Source: the human T2T-CHM13v2.0 reference genome, Homo sapiens. Taken from it: DNA of 64,000 nt. Where the stretch lies: the NCBI RefSeq assembly GCF_009914755.1, contig NC_060940.1; one strand, given 5' to 3'. The position numbers and the translations under genes are program-made. Of the stretch, positions 17,892 through 39,105 are shown one piece after another. The notes below the pieces were generated by a model, which was not told the DNA's origin, ran no database searches, and saw nothing but the letters and a program-made list of their open reading frames with translations. Each line of letters starts with the position of its first letter. Within the stretch, counting starts at the first letter, position 1.

Positions 17892-18205
17892 CTAACCACA
17901 AAGAATACATCATTCGAAACCAGATACCCGTGATATTTTTTTAAAAAGCAAATACCTACAGAAGTTTGAATACACAACAAAGAAATGTATATAATTTTTA
18001 TCAAGTAGGAAAAAGAAATTCAGAGAACTGAATGCTCAGTTAGTGTTTCTTAAAACGAAAACAGTAACAAAATTCCAGAGTGGATTATGTGAGACTATTT
18101 GCTCAGTTCTTCACATCTGGTCACTCAAACTTTAGAACATAAACATTCTGCACCTCCCAGCTCCCCACCTTCACCAATTACAATGGCACCTGTTCCAAAG
18201 AATCA

Positions 18206-18827
<622 letters not shown>

Positions 18828-18955
18828 AAGGTGTAGGTAAATAATTCATGTCAATTTCCTTTTATCATATAAGCTTACTCTACTGGGAAAACAAACTTAA
18901 GCAAAGTTAACATTCATGTGCTGTGCACTCAACCCATTGGAAATTTACTACAGAA

Positions 18956-19596
<641 letters not shown>

Positions 19597-19647
19597 TTAC
19601 TGTAGAAAAGAGGAACATGTTATTCAGCAATAGCTAATTTTATATTA

Positions 19648-20190
<543 letters not shown>

Positions 20191-20282
20191 CTATGAAACA
20201 AAAAACAGTGCACACAGACATTAGTAGCAAACTGACATAGCCAGGTATGATTTAGTTGTATTTATAATTTAAGCAAGTGGGT

Positions 20283-20425
20283 CAGCCAGGCAAGGTGGCA
20301 GGTGCCTGTAGATCAGCTGCTTGGGAGGCTGAGGTGGGAAGATCACTTGAGCCCAGGAGTCTGAGTCCAGCCTGAGCAACAAAGTGAGACCCTATGTCTA
20401 AAATAATAAAATAATAAAATAAATA
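20283..20425 (+). mobile_element. Alu monomer (FLAM-like)
   Basis: Diverged monomer with AT-rich tail. Confidence 0.75.
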
Positions 20426-21322
20426 AGAGGGTAAAAGAGATATCCTGGTTTTAAGACAAATTAATGTGCCATACAACCATGAAACATATTATTTCATTTT
20501 TATTTACTTATTACTCACTGCTTTCACGGGAAAATTTTTTTTAGGCATCTTCAAAAATAAAACAATAAAATCAATGAGAAAAATGGAAAAAACTAAGGAC
20601 AACAAAATAACACCAAAAATATTAAGCACACTGGACCTGAGCATTCTAGCAGCCAAAGAGAAGAAGGCATCAGGATGATCCTTTGTTCTGTTTCAGATTC
20701 TGTATTTCCTATCATTTGCAACTCAATCCCCAGAGCATTTCCCCAGTTGGCACTTTTACTTCCCACAAATTTCATCAATTTTTCAGGCAAAAGCTTGGTA
20801 TAAAGCCTTACTTTCTGCTGTAACATTAATACCTAACAGCAAAGTAATTTCCCTATCAGTGATATTTAACACCTTCTTTAAGAAACACTATGCTTTAATA
20901 TTACATAGTTTGAAATATTTTCTACCAATTCTATGAAAAGAGCATAAAAGGGTTTACTGTCCTGAAATTTATTTTACCTGAAACCTCACACTTAAAGAAA
21001 TGTAACCTGCTAAATGTGTTATAAAACCAGATTATCTCTTTACTGGAGTGACATGAGAAGACAGTTTGTGAGGGAAACTACTGCTAAAGAAAAATGTCAC
21101 CTGAATATTAAATTAAGCATGCGCACAGATATCTTCCAAAACATCTGAATTGTAAGAAAAACTGCCATTCTTCACAATGAAAACAGAGCGATAGTAAAGA
21201 ACAATGCTGGCTGTAGCATAACCAGAAAAACAGTTGCACAGACCATACCCGGGGCGTAAATAATCCAGCAGGGTAGGGGATGGGTAAATGAAGCAAGAGA
21301 GGCCTTCCAGTGCTACTTAGGA

Positions 21323-21633
21323 TTTTATTATTATTATTATTTTTTTTTTTTTTTTGAGGAAGGGTCTCACTCTGACACCCAGGCTGGAGTGGGTGGCGCA
21401 ATCTCTGCACAGTTCACTGCAGCCTCAACTTCCTGGGCTCAAGCAATCCTCCCGCCTCAGCCTCCCGAGTAGCTGGGACTATAGGCATGCATCACCACAC
21501 CCAGCTAATTTTTGGATTTTAATATAGAGAAGCAGTCTCGGCATTTTGTCCAGGCTGGTCTCAAACTCAGGTGATCCAGCCACCTTGGCCTCCCAAAGTG
21601 TTGAGATTACAGACAAGAGCCGCCATGTCCGCC
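21323..21633 (-). mobile_element. AluJ
   Basis: Diverged dimeric Alu. Confidence 0.88.
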
Positions 21634-22340
21634 CACTACTTGTTTTTAAAAAGAAAACATTAAGGACAAGGAGTTAAGTCATCTATTACAAAAGGTACTT
21701 CAAGCTGTAAAACTCATTCTTCTGGCAGAAACTGGTGCTTCTGAGTTTTTGGTTTCTGGAAATATCAATATGTGCTTCTACGAGTAGAAAAACATTGATA
21801 AAGTACCGTGAGGGGTTAAAATATCCAAAAAACGTTTTTACTTTTACTAAAGAGGGACTTTCACTGCTGTACTAACAACTGATCCTGAAAAACAAGCCCA
21901 TCTCTGGCACTGGCACTGGCAACTAAGGGGCGTGGAACTCATCAGAAATGAGTCAAAGTTTAAAGCAGTTACATCCACCTCGACAAGAACAACAATAACA
22001 ATGCCAACTGCAAGAGCAAAAACAAAGAGCCAAACAGAAAGATCAGAAAAGCAGAGGGCACCTAAAGCCACCCTAACAGGTTTGACAGAAGTTTGCTCAG
22101 GAGTAAGCCCCTACTTCTTAGTTTCTTTATGCTTGATACATCCAGCAATGGAGTACCAAAGAAAATAATGACATGAAGCATGTATCTAGCTTAATTAAAG
22201 ACTACTGGCCGAAGAAGATAAAAGCCAGTAATAACAGTTCTCATATCACAGTAAATGAATATATATTTAAAAGATATTTATTAAATGCGTTTCTCACTCA
22301 AGGCAGGCTTTTTGTTGTTGTTGTTAAAAAGGAAGGAACA

Positions 22341-23212
22341 ATCATTTGAGCCCAGAGGTTTGAGACCAGCCTGGGCAACGTGGAGAAACCTCATCTCTAC
22401 AAAAAAAACATTAAAAATTAGCTAGGCATGGTGGCGCGCCTATAGTCCCAGCTACTCAGGAAGATTGCTTTAGCCTGGAGGGTTGCAGTGGGCCAAGAGT
22501 GCACCACTACATTCCAGCCTGGGTGACACAGTGAGACTCTCTCTCCACTTAAAAAACAAACAAACAAACAAAAAAGCCTCTTAAAACTTTTCTGCCTCAA
22601 GCTAAAGAATCTATGACACATGTAGGCTCCATATAACACAAATATAATTAAGTAATAGTACTGAGAAAATCTTAGACCTAACTGGGTTAAATCAACTTTA
22701 ATTCAACCTGTTCTAAAATAATTCACTCAAAGGTAAAGACTCTTAGGTAAGAAATTTTAACACAGCCCATGCAGAAGAGATGGCTGATGTTCTCTTACAA
22801 CTTAGGCAGGTACTTGCCTTTAAAAGAAATGAAAAGAAAGGATTTGGCGGTTTTCAAATGAAAAAAAGGCCAGGCGCGGTGGCTCACACCTGTAATCCTG
22901 GGTGTGATTCCACTTTAGGAGGCTGAGGCCGGCGGATCACTTGAGGCCAGGAGTTAGAGACCAGCCTGGCCAACATGGTGAAACCCCATATCTACTAAAA
23001 ACCAACCAACCGACCCAAAAAAAAAAATACAAAAATTAGTTGGGCATTGTGGTGCATGCCTGTAATCCCAACTACTCCGGAGGGTGAGGCAGGATAATCG
23101 TTTGAACCCAGGAGGCAGAGGTTGCAGTGAGCTGAGATTGGGACACTGCAGCAGTCCCGCCTGGGTGACAGCGAGACTCTGTCTCAAAAAAAAAAAATAA
23201 ATAAATGAAAAA
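22341..23212 (+). mobile_element. Two Alus (truncated AluJ ~22341-22575; Alu ~22868-23212)
   Basis: Alu consensus with A-tails. Confidence 0.85.
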
Positions 23213-23879
23213 AACTCTCTAAGGTAATCAGTTCTTCCCCAAATTAAAAATAATAATAAATGTGGGGTATGTGGAAAACAGAGAAGGCAATTATTATCAT
23301 AAGACATTTTACCTTAACTCATTCATTAGATCAGGCAATTTTAGAATACTTACCAAGTTAAGATACTATCAGGTACTACAGAACAAACACGGACTATTAG
23401 CTAGTCAGGGCACAACCTTCCAAGTGTGATCTAGTTAAATTTAAGGACAACTAAACAAAATGCAGGAAATGAAAATGTGAAAGGAGAGGCAGGCATCCAG
23501 GCCACAGATGCTGAACTGACACACAGTTCTCTCCGGGCTGTGAAGAGGCGGCTTCTGCTGGGGAGGGGGCACTGCAGCAGCTCTGGAAGAATCTGAGCTC
23601 AGTAGCACTGAAAGATGGGCGTGAGGGAGGGAGGAGCAGAGCATCCCAAGCGTGGCAACACTGGAACCACAGGAAGACACAGATGTGCACAAGGATCAGC
23701 ACTGCCCAGCCTGAGGAGGGAGGCAAGGAGGTGTCCGTCTAGCGAGGCTGAAAGACGAGGGGGGAAGAGAGGACCTCAAGCAGGTACACCCCAGCCAACA
23801 GCCGGAAATACGGACCTCTTCCATCCAATGGCAGTGAAGAGCACAGAGATAAAACACAGCCCAACGACGAGACTGCTGA

Positions 23880-25130
<1,251 letters not shown>

Positions 25131-25791
25131 AGCCTCAGGGTCAAGGGCACGGCTTAGGGCAGAATCCCGGGCAATCCAGTACCTTTTCTTTCAGAGATGG
25201 CAAAAGACAGAGGGCACAGGAAAGTCAGAAGGAAACCAAAATCAGTGGGAAATAATTTGCAAAAGGAAGGTGGGCAAGCTGAAGAGACAGAGACCACTAG
25301 CTTAGTAACTGGCCCCTTCCAGAAAAGGGCCACACTAGTGAGCGGGTGAGCCTGGCTGCCAGACTGTACCTTACCAAGCCTGTCAACTCCAGCCCACCTG
25401 CTCTAGTCACCAAGCCACCAGTGGCTGGAAGGAAGGTGCCTTCAAGTGTAAAAATCCCATGGGGATGAATGATAAGGCTGGAAATGACAGGGACAAGGAC
25501 ACACCCCCTTGCTGTGTTTGGATCTCGTGGACTTGCTTGCGTTCCTAAAAGGTGAGCTAAAATCCAGGCTCTATCAAGACTATTTCAAAGGATTTATGGC
25601 TCAAAAAATATGGCAACAGATCCTGAGGTTTCTATAGTTTCCCAATCCTAGAATAAGGTGGTTTCAAAATATAAATTTCCTTTAAGGAAAACAAAAATGC
25701 CATAACGGGGGCAAGAGACCAGTAAATGATGGCAGAGGGACTGGGGTCCCCAAGGCTGAGCTTATTACCAACCCCCGAACTCCTGGGCCTA

Positions 25792-26650
25792 TTTTTTTTT
25801 TTTTTTGAGACAGGGTCCCGCTTGGTCACCCAGGGTGGAGGACAGTGGCACAATCATGGTTCACTGCAGCCTCAACCTCTGAGGCTCAAGTGATCCTCCT
25901 ACCTCAGCCTACCAAGTTGCACGGACTACAATAGGGCACTATGTCCAGCTAATTTTTTTTTTTTTTTTGTAGAGATGGGGGTCTCACCTTGTTGCCCAGG
26001 CTGGTCTCAAACTCCCAGGCTCAAGATATCCTCCTGCCTCAGCCTCTCAGAGTGTTGGGATTATAGGCATGAGCCACTGTGTCTGGCCTGGGCCTAAAGA
26101 GATCTTGTCCCCACAGACTCACTAGACAAGTCAGTGAGGCTTTGCAAGCACAGACTGCACTTTCCAGGGTCTAATACATCTATTCAGCTGTGACGAATGG
26201 TCCCTCCTGGTTCTCACTATACAATGCAAACCCGATGGGCACACTTCCCAAGATGGGCTCACCACTGAGAGGTAAGCAGACAAGCAGCAGCAGGACAGGC
26301 AGACAGAGCATGCACACACAGATACAGACACACAAACCTAAGGAAAAGCACTGTTTTCTTCTTTTTAGATGGAGTCTCACTTTGCTGCCCAGGCTGGAGT
26401 GCAATGGCACGACCTCTGCTCACTGCAACCTCCAACTCCCAGCTGAAGCGATTCTCCTGCCTCAGCCTCCTGAGTAGCTGGAATTACAGGCACACGCCAC
26501 CACACCCAGCTAATTTTTGTATTTTTAGTAGAGACAGGATTTTGCCATGCTGGCCAGGCTGGTCTCGAACTCCTGACCTCAGGTGATCCAGCACCTGCCT
26601 CAGCCTCCCAAAGTGCTGGGATTACAGGTGTGAGCCACTGCGCCCAGCCC
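25792..26650 (-). mobile_element. Two minus-strand Alus (AluJ ~25792-26088; AluS ~26354-26650)
   Basis: Alu consensus; second copy flanked by aagraaagcact. Confidence 0.88.
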
Positions 26651-26999
26651 AAGAAAAGCACTTTCTAAAGAGTGCTAACTCTGCCTTTTCTTCTTCCCTT
26701 CCTGAAGAATTCTGCTGAAGACAAGAAGGCAGGCGTTCATGGGAGAATGGCAGAAGCCCACTACAGGGTCTTAAGAGTCTGAGCGGAGTGAGGAAGGTAT
26801 GTGAAGGGAGAGGCACCAGGTGAGGGGGTCAGAGCCTGGCAAGTGAAGAAGGCACCAGGCAGGCAGTGGGGTGATAGCAGTGAAGGTAAAACTGTTTGAT
26901 CAAATAAATATTTTACATATAATGGGATGCGGCTTTCTTACTGTCAGAGAAGAAAGTTAGAAATATGAAAGAGAAAAAATAAATGAACCATTCAGTATC

Positions 27000-28110
27000 A
27001 GAACAAAATGATAAATGCTGGTCTGAATTTAAGGTTTTCAATACATAGACTAACAGATGTAGAAAGAAAGAAATCTAAGTGCACGTGTACGTGCTACACA
27101 CATTTCCTAGCTATCTCCAAAAGGGTGTGGCAGCAGTGAAATCCCAACAGCAAGGAGCCCACCTACTGCCCACAATTGGTTCTAAATATCACTCTCCACT
27201 AAAAGAACCTAGGCTCTTTGGACAAAGAACTAGTTCCAGTCTGGGTACGGTAAGAACAAGATGGGTTTGGAACAGTGTCACTCAATGAGGAAAGGCTCAC
27301 AGAATGATGGGGAAGTGTCCAAGGAACATGGAAGCCAGTTTGGTGGGGCCCCCACTAACAAAATCCGGGACAATCTGAGCATCACGATAAATAATAACAG
27401 ATCCCAACCCGTGGAATAAAACAGGAAAACAGGAGTCCACAATGACATGAAGTTTGAAAAAGAATGAGATATTTACATCATGTCAAAATGCCCAACTGCC
27501 AACAAAATATCTCTTTTCAAAGGGAAAAGTCATTTTACAGTGGAGAAGCTCCACCAAGTTGTCCAAGGGAAGCAGTAATGGGACACACGGAGCCAGGTCT
27601 ACGAGAGCAGATGCACTGAGAAGAGCCGGCATCACTTCTGGGAGGTTCCTGACAAAGATGCACAACCTGAAATCAAATCATGAGAAACATCAGACCAACC
27701 CAAATTGAGGGACATTCTACAGAATCAACTGGCCTAGAATTTTCCTAAGCACCAAGGTAATGAAAGGCAAGAATGACTGAGCTACTGCCCCAGATTGAAG
27801 GAGACTCCAGAGTCAGTGCAACTCATGAATCCAAACTGGATCCATCTGCTGTAACAGGCACTCAGGGACAACTGGCAAAACCCAAGTAAGCCTGCCCGTG
27901 GATCAGATGGTAGTGATGTATCAAGACTAATTTCCTGATTTTGACAACTGTGCTGTGATTATGTAAGAAGGTCCTTGCTTGGAAAATACACCCACTAAAA
28001 CACCGGGGGATAATGGAGTATCAGGTCTGCAATTTACTCTCAAATGCTTTAGAGAAAAAATGGTTTCATACTGTTCGTGCAACCTTCCTGTTAGGTTCAG
28101 CCTGTTTCCA
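27000..28110 (+). mobile_element. Old L1M (MC/MD-like) 3' region fragments
   Basis: aatcatgagaaacatcagaccaacccaaattgagggacattctacagaat and similar L1M 3'UTR motifs. Confidence 0.55.
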
Positions 28111-29099
28111 AAACAGGCAGAAAAAATAAGTTCTTTATTTACCCTCACCTGCCAAGGACGCATGAGGCTGGGCTATTTTAAATGTGGTGACAGGCACATT
28201 CTAAGCCTCTTATTCAGATTCAGTCAGTGCTGATCACTGCATACATAACCAGACCACACACGTCAGACAGATTTACACTCATCAATTGTTACGTAGAAGG
28301 ACATCCAAAGATGGGACTGAGCTAGTTAAAGGGAAACTAAAAGCATATCTCATTCTAGGAAATTGACAGAATTCCTGAAAGGATTCATGGTAAATTTCTG
28401 CTAACATTAACCTGTGTTTCTATGATTTACATTAAACAAATCAAGTAACATTTTGACAGAAAAACCTGAGGCACCCCCTCTAGAATAAAAATTATGTTTA
28501 TTAAGTTAACAAATCCAATAAAATAAGTACTCTCATATGTTGCTGGTGAATATTAAAAAAAAACAACCTTTTAGAATGGCAATTTTCACATATGTATTAA
28601 AACGCTTAAAAATGAACATTAAAAACTTTTCGTCTAACAAATCCAAAATAAGAAAAACACTCACTGAGCATTTATGATGTAGCAGGTGCCATTCTAAGTA
28701 GTCTGCAAATATTAACTAATTTAATCCTCCCAACAACCCGTTACTACCCCCACTTTCAGATGAGAACTGAGACCCAGAGTAGCTAAGCAACTTGCCTGGG
28801 GCCACAACACCAGCAAGTAGAACAGCTGGGCTGAGAACTCAGGTGGTCAGCCTGGCTCCAGAGGCCACACTCTTCAGAGGCAGGTCGCCTGCTTTCCTAA
28901 AATCTCCCCTAGGGATTCAATCCAAGAAGTATGAATCTGGAAGCACATAAGGCTTTATGTCCAAAGATACACACTGCAAGATTATGAGCAGGAAAAGCTG
29001 GAGACCATCTGAATGTGCATAAACAAGGAGACTGGCTCAATAATTATGGTCGGTGCACACCACAGAACGCCACGCAGCAATTTCAAATGCTCCTCCTGC

Positions 29100-29890
<791 letters not shown>

Positions 29891-29978
29891 TATGGGGAAA
29901 TGCTAATGAAATGTTAAGTAAAACAGTTCATGCACCACATAATCCAAATTTTTACATTTCAATTTTAAAATGTGTCTA

Positions 29979-31163
<1,185 letters not shown>

Positions 31164-31988
31164 TTAAAAGGGATCTATCTCCTACAAATTGTTCTCAAAG
31201 ATCTGTCTACAGCTACTTGCCAGCCTAAGGAAAAGATAGCCTTTGAAAATATTAAACTTTTGGCTAGTTCATTCTGAAAGGCTTATTATCATTTGTAATA
31301 TCACTTAACTTAGAGAGCCTACTTAGGGCTGTTACTGGATCCACTAAATGTTAACTGGATTTAATTTCTATAAATTCTTTATGCAGAAGACCTGGTTATC
31401 TTTCCATATAAAGGCATAACGTTCAAAGATGGTATTCCCGTACCTATGGGTTTTTCATGAGAATGATTACACCTCTAATACACGTATAATTAAAAATTTT
31501 TGACATCAAGTACTAACTGAAAAAGACACCGTTCAAATTATAGAAATAGAAAATAGTATTTAATGGGATTTGAGTAGAAGGGAGACTCAGTAGAAGAAAT
31601 GTATTACTTGCGCAAGCAACTGGCCTAGCTGGTGGCTAGCATTCTTTGCAGCTCTTGGAGTCTCCCACTTACAATTTTCACAATAAAAGAATATCACAAA
31701 GATTATAATTCTGGGCATAACTAAAATACATCTGAAATTATCTCTTTAAAAATAATTAGAACATAATTTAGGTGAGTGAAAATGACTTGTATCACCCGAC
31801 AATCATCTAATTATGCAGCTATGCCTTGCTTTGTAATAAACTAGTTTACTAAAATAGCTCCAAAGGAGACTGAATTGTGTTTAGACCACGAAAGGTTACT
31901 ATCCAGTCCAATTAAAAGTCGGCTGAAAAACTACCACCTTCAGAACTAATTGCATACTTGGCTATATTACCATTGTTTAACAGGCTAA

Positions 31989-33320
<1,332 letters not shown>

Positions 33321-33589
33321 CAGCCTTCCTAGTTCTTGTTAACCTCCTGACTAGAAGAGCTCCCACTTCTTCCCTAGGTGCTTCAAAGGTTCCGCAAGCT
33401 CTGCATTGGATTTTTCCCTTTTTATATAGAAAGGACCAACTCTTGATTATACGGGGTGCCTGGGGAGTGCAGTCGTTTGACACGTGTCTGGGTCAGGTCC
33501 CAGCTCCCATTCTCAATCAACAGTTTTGCTGTCATCCGCATCACACATTAGAGCATAAAATAAACTTTTATTTGTCAAAAGTGTTCTGC

Positions 33590-34015
33590 ATAAATGCTTA
33601 AACAAAATGTGGTATAGCCATACAACTGAATATTATTTGGTCATAAAAGGAATGAAATCCTGATTCATGCTACAACATGGATGAACTGTGAAAACATGCT
33701 AAGTGAAAGAAGCCTGACACAAAAGGCCGCATATCATATGTTTCCATCTGAATATACGAAATAGTCATTAAAGGCAAATCTAGAAAGACAAAGTAGATGA
33801 AAGGTTGCCTGTGGCGGGGCCTGGAAATGGGCATTGACTACAACTGGGCATCAGAGGTCTTGGGGTAACGGAAATGTTCTAAAAGTGGATTTGGTGGTGG
33901 CTGTGCTGCTGTAAATTTACTAAAAACCACTGAATAGTACACTTAAAACAGGTGGATTTTATGGTATGTAAATTCTACTTCAATGAAGCTCTTACATTAA
34001 AAAATAAGTATAAAT
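33590..34015 (+). mobile_element. L1MB-like 3' end fragment
   Basis: aacaaaatgtggtatagccataca...catgctacaacatggatgaac. Confidence 0.75.
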
Positions 34016-34479
34016 AATAAAAGCGGATTCTCCAGATTGAAAAAAAAAAAATGAGAGGAATTACTTCTCTTCTGCAAGCCCTCCTTTTCGTAGACATACA
34101 ATTGGAGACCTTGACGTTAGGAGGGCTTACCTACACAGTTCAGACTAAAGGATGAGTCTCCAGAATTCAACGCAGGTCGTATTCCACTCCACGTAATTTC
34201 GAAGTGTCAATCAGAATCTAATAACTTAATTTGTGTAGACAAATAGGCCAAGATTCTCAGGGGCTCAACCCAATATGAAAGGTAAACATCTTAATAAAAA
34301 TACTGACGATCCACAACGGTCTTAGGTAGCGCAACCATGCCAAGGCGAGGCAAGATTTTTAAGAAGCTACAGGTTTAAAAGGCAATCTGGTTCTGAGAGT
34401 TCGCCGAACAGAATCCCCGCATTTCCAAAAACCAGCAGCGCAATATGCACAGACCGAGATAAGGCAAAGAATCGACGTC

Positions 34480-35600
34480 TTTTAAACCTGACGCCAGCAC
34501 TGCCCCGGAAGCGCACCTAGAATTGAGTCTGTCTGGAGGCTCCGGGCCAGAGCAGGGCGTATTGTTTCACTCGGTGAATGCTCATTTCACGTAAAGAAAA
34601 CCAGGCAACGGAACAAGCTGCCGGAGCGCGCAGACCCCCGCAGGGCCGCGGTACAGGCACGCTGTGTCCAAACAAGCGCCGGAGGCCCCGCGCCCACCTC
34701 CCCCGACCCGGCCCGGCCCCCGCAGCCCTCGCCTCGGGGCCTCGGACGCAACCGGCACACCTGAGCGAGCGGGCCGCCGCCGCTAGGCGGAGCGGGTCGG
34801 GGAGGCCGCGCGCGGGCGGCTGACGTACCTGCGCCGCCGGGAGCTCAGGGCCGGCGGGCCCGGGATAACGGCGCCTCCGCGGCGAACACGCCTGGGCACT
34901 CCATTCGGGGCTGTTTACTCCCAACTCTCGCGAGACTGGGCGGCCGGGCCAGCGAGGCCCACAGCTGGGAGCCTCAGCTCCGCCGACCCAGCGTGCCCTG
35001 TCTGTCCCGCGCTCCCGGGGCTTGCGTGCGCGCTCTGGACGCCGTGGGCAGCGGGACCACGCCGGGAGGATGGACGAAGGTCTCGCGACATTTGCGGCGG
35101 CGGGGGCCGGTGGCAGGGTGGAAGCGGAGGGGCGTGGCCAGCGAGCTGCCAGGCGGCGAGAACGCGCTGGGGGAACCCTTGGTCCGCTCTGCGCGTCGCT
35201 CTAGGATCCCCGAAAAGGAGCACGGGCGCGAAAGCGGCCAGGCTGGGCCAGGATCTAGAAAGACTGCCTGGCGCAGGCTCCCTGCCCCCGCGGGCCTGCT
35301 GTCATGGACTCGTGGAGAGCTCGCTTCCCGCGCGGACCCTTCCTGCAGGGGTCCACGTCCAGGCACCGGCGGCTCGGACACCCCACCCCCGGCCGGGCAC
35401 CTGCCCTGGGTGCCCCTTAACCCGGGCGGTAGCTCGTTAAGATGGCGAAGTGTCCGGTCCGGAACACGCGAAACCCCAAATCCCGCCTGCCCGACCTCCT
35501 GACCCCCGGCCCCACGGGACGACAGACTGGGCCTCCCGACGCGCAGCGCGCTGCCGGGACACCGGTGCGTGCGAAACGGAGGACCTTTGTAACGCCACGT
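34480..35600. promoter_or_regulatory. CpG-island promoter of MBTPS1, probably bidirectional
   Basis: Very high GC/CpG; TCTCGCGAGA palindrome 34926-34935; 1-mismatch copy 35081-35090; YY1-like AAGATGGCG 35439-35447 on +. Confidence 0.9.
34829..35040 (-). other. MBTPS1: MBTPS1 non-coding exon 1 (TSS approximate)
   Basis: GCGCAG|gtacgt donor inside a CpG island; agrees with the remembered mRNA leader. Confidence 0.85.
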
Positions 35601-36041
35601 GTTTGCTCTTTTTGAAAAAACAAGAATAAATGTGTTAAACTGTCTGAAAAGCTTGCCGCCTAAAAGATGTCTGGGTGACTTAGATGCTAGGATCAGTTTG
35701 TTTTCAATGTAAATGGACCAGCCCGGACTCCGTACGGCACTAGCAGGGGACTGAAAGCGTCTTCAGGTACTGCTGGTGGGCGGTGATGCGCTACAGGCCG
35801 ATCAGACAGTTTTGTGTCTTTTGGAACTTGACACTGCACCACGGTAATGCTGAACTGCACCAATATTACAGATCACAGCGCATCATCTTCCTTCAACATG
35901 ATTTAACACAGTTGACTTAATATGGTGGATAAATGTAGAATCACAAATTACCATACCCCACCTCAGGCTTCTACTTCGTAATTTTGAGCAGGTTGTTTAA
36001 CCTCTTTGTACCTCAGCTTCTTCATTACAAAAATAGGGGTA

Positions 36042-36713
<672 letters not shown>

Positions 36714-38567
36714 TCATAAAGTGCTCGGCTCCTATATGATTCAATATGTGGTGGTGGATTCTTGAATCCTTTCCTGACTCAGATCTCATACGATTTTCTG
36801 AACTTTTGGAGAATCCTTGCCTCTCTGCATTTGCAAACCGTCAAAGGCACTCCCTTCTGCCACCACACAAAGCATTTGATTTTAAACTTGACTATGTCCT
36901 TCTGTTCCAACTTTAGGTAAATTAATCTTGGTCAGGGTTCTCTGAACAGCCCTTTAGTCACTATGCCATTGAATACATGGCCCTACAGCTGGAAACTGGG
37001 GTAGAACAGTGATTGCAGGCATCCATCATGTGACAGCGAGGCCCCAAAGAAGGGGAGAGAATGCCACCACCACCAGTTTCAGAGAATGCCTATACACTGA
37101 GGGGACTGGTGTGTGGGAGAGAAGTTACTTGGAGAGCTACCAAGACAGCCTGAGCTACAGGATCCTGGTCTACCACTGGTGGATTCCCACCACTCTGGTT
37201 CTAAAATAACTTCCTAAACTTGTGCTTCACATACAGAATAAAGCATCTGTAATTCCATGGGAAGGTAAATCTTTATTCAAATGAAATGTTATTTTAAAGA
37301 GTAATAGCTGATGGCACAGGCACTAGCCAACCCTGGGAAAGCCTCCCTGGAGTTGTGGCTCCTGGAGTCCCAGCAGCCACTCTGCAGAGATCTTGGAGGT
37401 CCTAGTAAACCTGCCGGTGGCACTACAGGCAGGCTGCTTTTTTGGCAAGGGTGGCTTTGCTGAGAGCATCAAAATCTTGGAGGCAAACACCAAGGAGGTG
37501 TTCTCGGGCAAGATCGCACCTGAGTCACTGCTGCTCAATCCGCACCCAGAGGAGACGTCCCTGGAGACGTCTCCAGCCTCTCGCTATACTCACTGCAGCC
37601 TCGCCCACCAGCACATCTCAGGTGTCAGTGGCTTTTTCAAGGACAACTTCATGCTCCTGGTGCTGGAGCTCTGCCACCTGAGACCTCTCATGGAGTTGCA
37701 CACGGGGAGAGCGCTAAGCCTGAGGGCACTACTGCCCGCAGTAGATCATCCTTGGCTGCCGGCACCTGCCTGAAACTGGATTAGTCACCGGGACCTCAAG
37801 CTGTACCCCCTCTTCCTGAATGATGACCTGGAGGTGAAAACGGGAAGATCTGGACTGGCAACCAAAGTCGAACATGATGGAAGGCAGAGGAAGACCCTGG
37901 GTGGGACTCCTGATTATGTAACTCCCAGGGTGCTGGGAAAGAAAGGGCACCGTTTCAAGGTGGATGTGTGGTCCCTTGAGTACATCACATATACCTTGTT
38001 AGTGGGCAAACCACCTTCTGAAACCTCTTGTCTAAGAGACCTACCTCTGGTCAAGAACACACACACTGTTCCCAAGCACAGCTACCCAATGGCCACCTCC
38101 CTCATCCAGAAGATACTTCAAATCCGACAGCACTCCCAAACCCCTGAGAAGCTGCTGAATAACGGGTTTTTCACATCTGGCTCCAGCCCCTCCCATCTCC
38201 CCATCATCTGCCTCCCATCGCACTGAGGTTCTCAATCCCTGCCAACAGCCTGGACCCTGGCAACTGCAAGCTTCTTGTGATCCTCAAGGCATGGAGAACC
38301 CCTGCCTGAGCAGCCCCAGGAAAAAGAGGAACCGGTGGCTTAGGGAATGGGACAGACGGTCAATGCCACTGTGGTGACATGCTGCAGCAGCTACACAGCA
38401 CGGGCTGGTGAGGCAAGAGGAGGCTGAGGATGCCACCTGCATCCCCAGCTTCTGGGTCAGTGAGCAGGTAAACTGTTCCAACAAGCACAGCCTAGGGTAT
38501 CAGCTGTGTGACAACAGTGTCACACATGCCTTATCCTCGACAACACCGTGACAGCCTGCAGTGCCTA

Positions 38568-39105
38568 CGGTAGTGCTCCCTTATCCGAGGGGACATGTTC
38601 CAAGACCTCCGGTGGATGGTCTTGGGACTCACCGTGGCTGGAACTTTGGCAGTTTGAGGTGTGACAGCAAAACTAGCATGAATTTCTTTTTCCTTCTTTC
38701 CAATGTCATGGAGAGATTTGTTTTACTGCAGATCTCAGCAACTTCAGCATACAATGTTTTTCTTTCCTTATTAAGTGGAGAAGTTTTACCTTTTCACTTA
38801 AAAGAGCACTTTACAGCTTCTTGGTATATCCATAGTGCCAGCATCACTACTCTTGGGCTTTGGGGACATTACGAAGTAAAATAAGGGTTACCTGAACAGA
38901 AGCTGTGGACATGGGGACAATTCCAATCCCAGGCAGGAGGGAGTGGGATGGTGCGAGATGTCATCACACTCCTCAGAACTGTGTGCAATTTAAAACTTAT
39001 TAACTGTTTATTTATGGAATTTTCCATTGAATATTTTCGGACCTCGATTGATCATAGGTAACTGAAACCTCAGAAAACAAAACTGTGGATAAGCGGAAAC
39101 TACTG
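38568..39105 (-). mobile_element. MER44-type (Tigger7-derived) non-autonomous DNA transposon, ~540 bp
   Basis: Terminal inverted repeats CGGTAGTGCTCCCTTATCC ... GGATAAGCGGAAACTACTG; inserted at a TA; PLK1 homology resumes on both sides. Confidence 0.8.

Noticed and set aside
37393-38226. Kinase-like ORFs as a functional PLK gene
   Set aside because: Frameshifts, the DFG motif lost (GRSGL), the activation-loop/APE region altered (VTPR), transposon insertions and a deletion in polo-box 2.
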